Source: a virus
Taxonomy: Duplodnaviria; Caudoviricetes
DNA length: 38,949 nucleotides
Reading direction: 5' to 3' (one strand)
Virus record (IMG/VR): IMGVR_UViG_3300025018_000056
Span: 1-38,949 of that record
The first letter of the stretch is position 1; each line of letters begins with the position of its first letter. This document shows positions 37,102-38,949 of this stretch, piece by piece. Both the position numbers and the translations under genes were made by a program. The notes below the pieces were generated by a model that ran no database searches, had not been told where the DNA came from, and saw nothing but the letters and a program-made list of their open reading frames with translations.

Positions 37102-37314
37102 ATGGAAAAACAATACGCAATTATATCACACGATAGACATAGAGATGATTATGTTTATCTTGTAAAATGCGAGGAACAAGATGTAAAAAATTATGTAGAA
37201 AAAATTTGGAAAGAAGATTTTCACTGTGATGCACCATATAAGAGTAATTTGCAATTTACTGACGGAAGTGGAGGTTATACTGTTGAGGTGGCGATATTAA
37301 AAGAAATTAAATAA
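37102..37314 (+). CDS. Hypothetical protein
   Basis: Packed ORF. Confidence 0.6.
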   Translation: MEKQYAIISHDRHRDDYVYLVKCEEQDVKNYVEKIWKEDFHCDAPYKSNLQFTDGSGGYTVEVAILKEIK

Positions 37315-37332
37315 TTATTCTTAATAAATAAT

Positions 37333-37497
37333 ATGAAAATATCAAACTGCTGTTCCTCCCCTGTTAAATGTGAGAGAGATAACGAGGGAGTATGTATGGC
37401 TTGTGGTGAACATTGTTCGGTTGAGGAGGAATATGAAAAGCAAGATGAATTAGCTGAATTAGAGTCTTGGAAAATTAAACAACTGTCATTACAATAA
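37333..37497 (+). CDS. Small Cys-rich protein (54 aa)
   Basis: Hand-translated; SNCCSSPV...GVCMACGEHC. Confidence 0.65.
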   Translation: MKISNCCSSPVKCERDNEGVCMACGEHCSVEEEYEKQDELAELESWKIKQLSLQ

Positions 37498-37498
37498 T

Positions 37499-37717
37499 AT
37501 GAATATATCGCTAGGACAATTAGACCAATTACTTGTGACTTTAAGAGGGTATAAAGATTTAAACAAGATATTTGATTTAAGTTATGAAGAGGCAGGAGAG
37601 AAATTAAGCACTATTACAGACGCACAAAGAGGTAGATTTTATGCCCTTATGTACAATGATAAGTACGAAGATTTAATTAAATTCCTCCAACAAGAGGGAG
37701 TAAATAAATTAGTATGA
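37499..37717 (+). CDS. Hypothetical protein
   Basis: TAATATG coupling. Confidence 0.65.
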   Translation: MNISLGQLDQLLVTLRGYKDLNKIFDLSYEEAGEKLSTITDAQRGRFYALMYNDKYEDLIKFLQQEGVNKLV

Positions 37718-37887
37718 AAATAATTAAACGCATTCCACTAGAAGCCTATGCTTATGAAGAAATAGAGTTTGAGAGTTTAGAAGATTACGAAGAAAATTAT
37801 CCTAAATATGTTCAGACTTTTAAAAGAGTTAGAGAAAAAATTAAATCACAAGAGCCACCTTTTAAAGGTGATGAATTTAAACAATAA
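37714..37887 (+). CDS. Small hypothetical protein (57 aa, MKIIKRIPLEAYAYEEIEF...)
   Basis: Hand-translated; ATGA overlap. Confidence 0.6.
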   Translation: MKIIKRIPLEAYAYEEIEFESLEDYEENYPKYVQTFKRVREKIKSQEPPFKGDEFKQ

Positions 37888-37892
37888 AATAT

Positions 37893-38414
37893 ATGTATCT
37901 AAAATTTCAAGTAGGAGATACCCACGATGTAGAATTTCACAAATATAATACAGGTAAAAAAATAGAAGGAGAATACCAAGGACAACCAACAGTCCAATAT
38001 CTTTATGGTGTGAGAGTAAATGGCGAAGAAACATCTTGGTATACCACCCCTAATACCAATCAAATTTTACAAGAAAATAATTTACAAGTGGGCGATATTA
38101 TCACAGTCGCAAGAGTAGCAGAAAAACAATATGTCTTTACTCGTAATGGTAAAATCTTAATGAAAGCAAATGATAGCGAAGTTAATAAAGTAGTTGCCGA
38201 ACATAATGCCAATAAAACTATAAGTGGTAAAGAATTATTAGATAGAATTAAAAGCCTAGAATTAAAGGTTTCTGTATTAGAGGGTAGATTATCCCAATCA
38301 GAGCCTAAAAGCCCCTTAGAAGCCCAAAATGAGCCAAATAAAGAGCTTACAGTTGAAGAAGTAGAACAAGCATTTGGGGAAGATAGTACCGATGTTTCAA
38401 AAATTCCTTTTTAA
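37893..38414 (+). CDS. Putative ssDNA-binding protein
   Basis: Beta-rich OB-like N-terminus; acidic tail ending IPF as in SSBs. Confidence 0.55.
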   Translation: MYLKFQVGDTHDVEFHKYNTGKKIEGEYQGQPTVQYLYGVRVNGEETSWYTTPNTNQILQENNLQVGDIITVARVAEKQYVFTRNGKILMKANDSEVNKVVAEHNANKTISGKELLDRIKSLELKVSVLEGRLSQSEPKSPLEAQNEPNKELTVEEVEQAFGEDSTDVSKIPF

Positions 38415-38418
38415 AATT

Positions 38419-38766
38419 ATGAAATTACAGATACCTGCAACCATACAATCTTTTAGGACAATGGCTGATAGTGGAATAAGACTAACCGTTGATACCCAAG
38501 AATTAAGTCCAGAAGCAAGTCAAGCCCTTTTAACACTTGTTAAGAAATTTGGTTGGTTATTATTTTCTGAAAATCTTATGAAAGAAGAAGATGTGCCAGA
38601 AGATAAAGCCCCTGAATTCAAATCTGATAAAAGCCCTAGCAAAAGATTAAAAGATTGTCTATTCGTTTATTGGAAAAATAACACTAAACAAACTAAAGAC
38701 TTTGAAACTTTTTGGAGAGAATGGATTGATAAGAAATGCAATGAGATAAAAGATTTATTACCTTAA
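38419..38766 (+). CDS. Conserved phage hypothetical protein (likely start MKLQIPA)
   Basis: RTMADSGIRLTVDTQE...KSPSKRLKDCLFVYW; AT-rich start context at 38419. Confidence 0.7.
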   Translation: MKLQIPATIQSFRTMADSGIRLTVDTQELSPEASQALLTLVKKFGWLLFSENLMKEEDVPEDKAPEFKSDKSPSKRLKDCLFVYWKNNTKQTKDFETFWREWIDKKCNEIKDLLP

Positions 38767-38800
38767 TTAACCAAAGCCAACTAAACAATTAATTTTTAAT

Positions 38801-38949
38801 ATGAAAAATATGTCAAACGTAAACGTGGACAATTCTAGCTACTTGTACAATTCTAGCTACGTGGACAATTCTAGCTCCGTGTACAATTCTAGCTACTTGT
38901 ACAATTCTAGCTACGTGGACAATTCTAGCTACTTGTACAATTCTAGCTA
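38801..38949 (+). CDS. True N-terminus (MKNMSNVNVDNSSY...) of the hexapeptide-repeat protein; continues at 128-659 across the junction
   Basis: ATG at 38801 follows the genome-typical TTAAT context and is in frame with GTG at 38825 (= position 3). Confidence 0.85.
   Translation, partial: MKNMSNVNVDNSSYLYNSSYVDNSSSVYNSSYLYNSSYVDNSSYLYNSS
38823..38949. repeat. 127-bp terminal overlap identical to bases 1-127 (assembly circularisation)
   Basis: The last 127 nt match the first 127 nt exactly. 127 is a common assembler k-mer. The ORF starting at 38801 continues in frame into position 3. Confidence 0.9.

Noticed and set aside
38823-38949. Biological direct terminal repeat
   Set aside because: The 127-nt length matches an assembler k-mer and it lies mid-gene within a tandem repeat.

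Overview
Apparently complete ~38.8 kb circular(ised) dsDNA tailed-phage genome with a podovirus-like layout. Bases 38823-38949 duplicate bases 1-127, and that join falls inside an 18-nt tandem repeat. Back-to-back sigma70 promoters at ~35.66-35.73 kb define two arms. The + arm (35.8 kb, across the junction, to 3.3 kb) holds many small accessory genes. The ~32 kb - arm holds a DNA methyltransferase, NinG-like nuclease, terminase, portal, scaffold, capsid, several signal-peptide-bearing structural proteins, a papain-fold peptidase, tail proteins and a large ejection protein. Features such as missing Shine-Dalgarno sites, a GAGC lipobox and code 11 suggest a Patescibacteria (CPR) host, which is inference only. 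Top observations: (1) a ~800 bp strand-specific C-to-T hypermutated tract (~33975-34780) that disrupts the methyltransferase and its neighbour with 8 in-frame TAA/TAG stops and no frameshifts; (2) six structural-module proteins with signal peptides followed by an [L/M/V]G[A/G] motif that also occurs in a membrane-anchored papain-fold peptidase; (3) a GC-richer, SD-using 3-gene cassette flanked by an 11-bp direct repeat. All calls come from reading motifs by eye; no database search was run.
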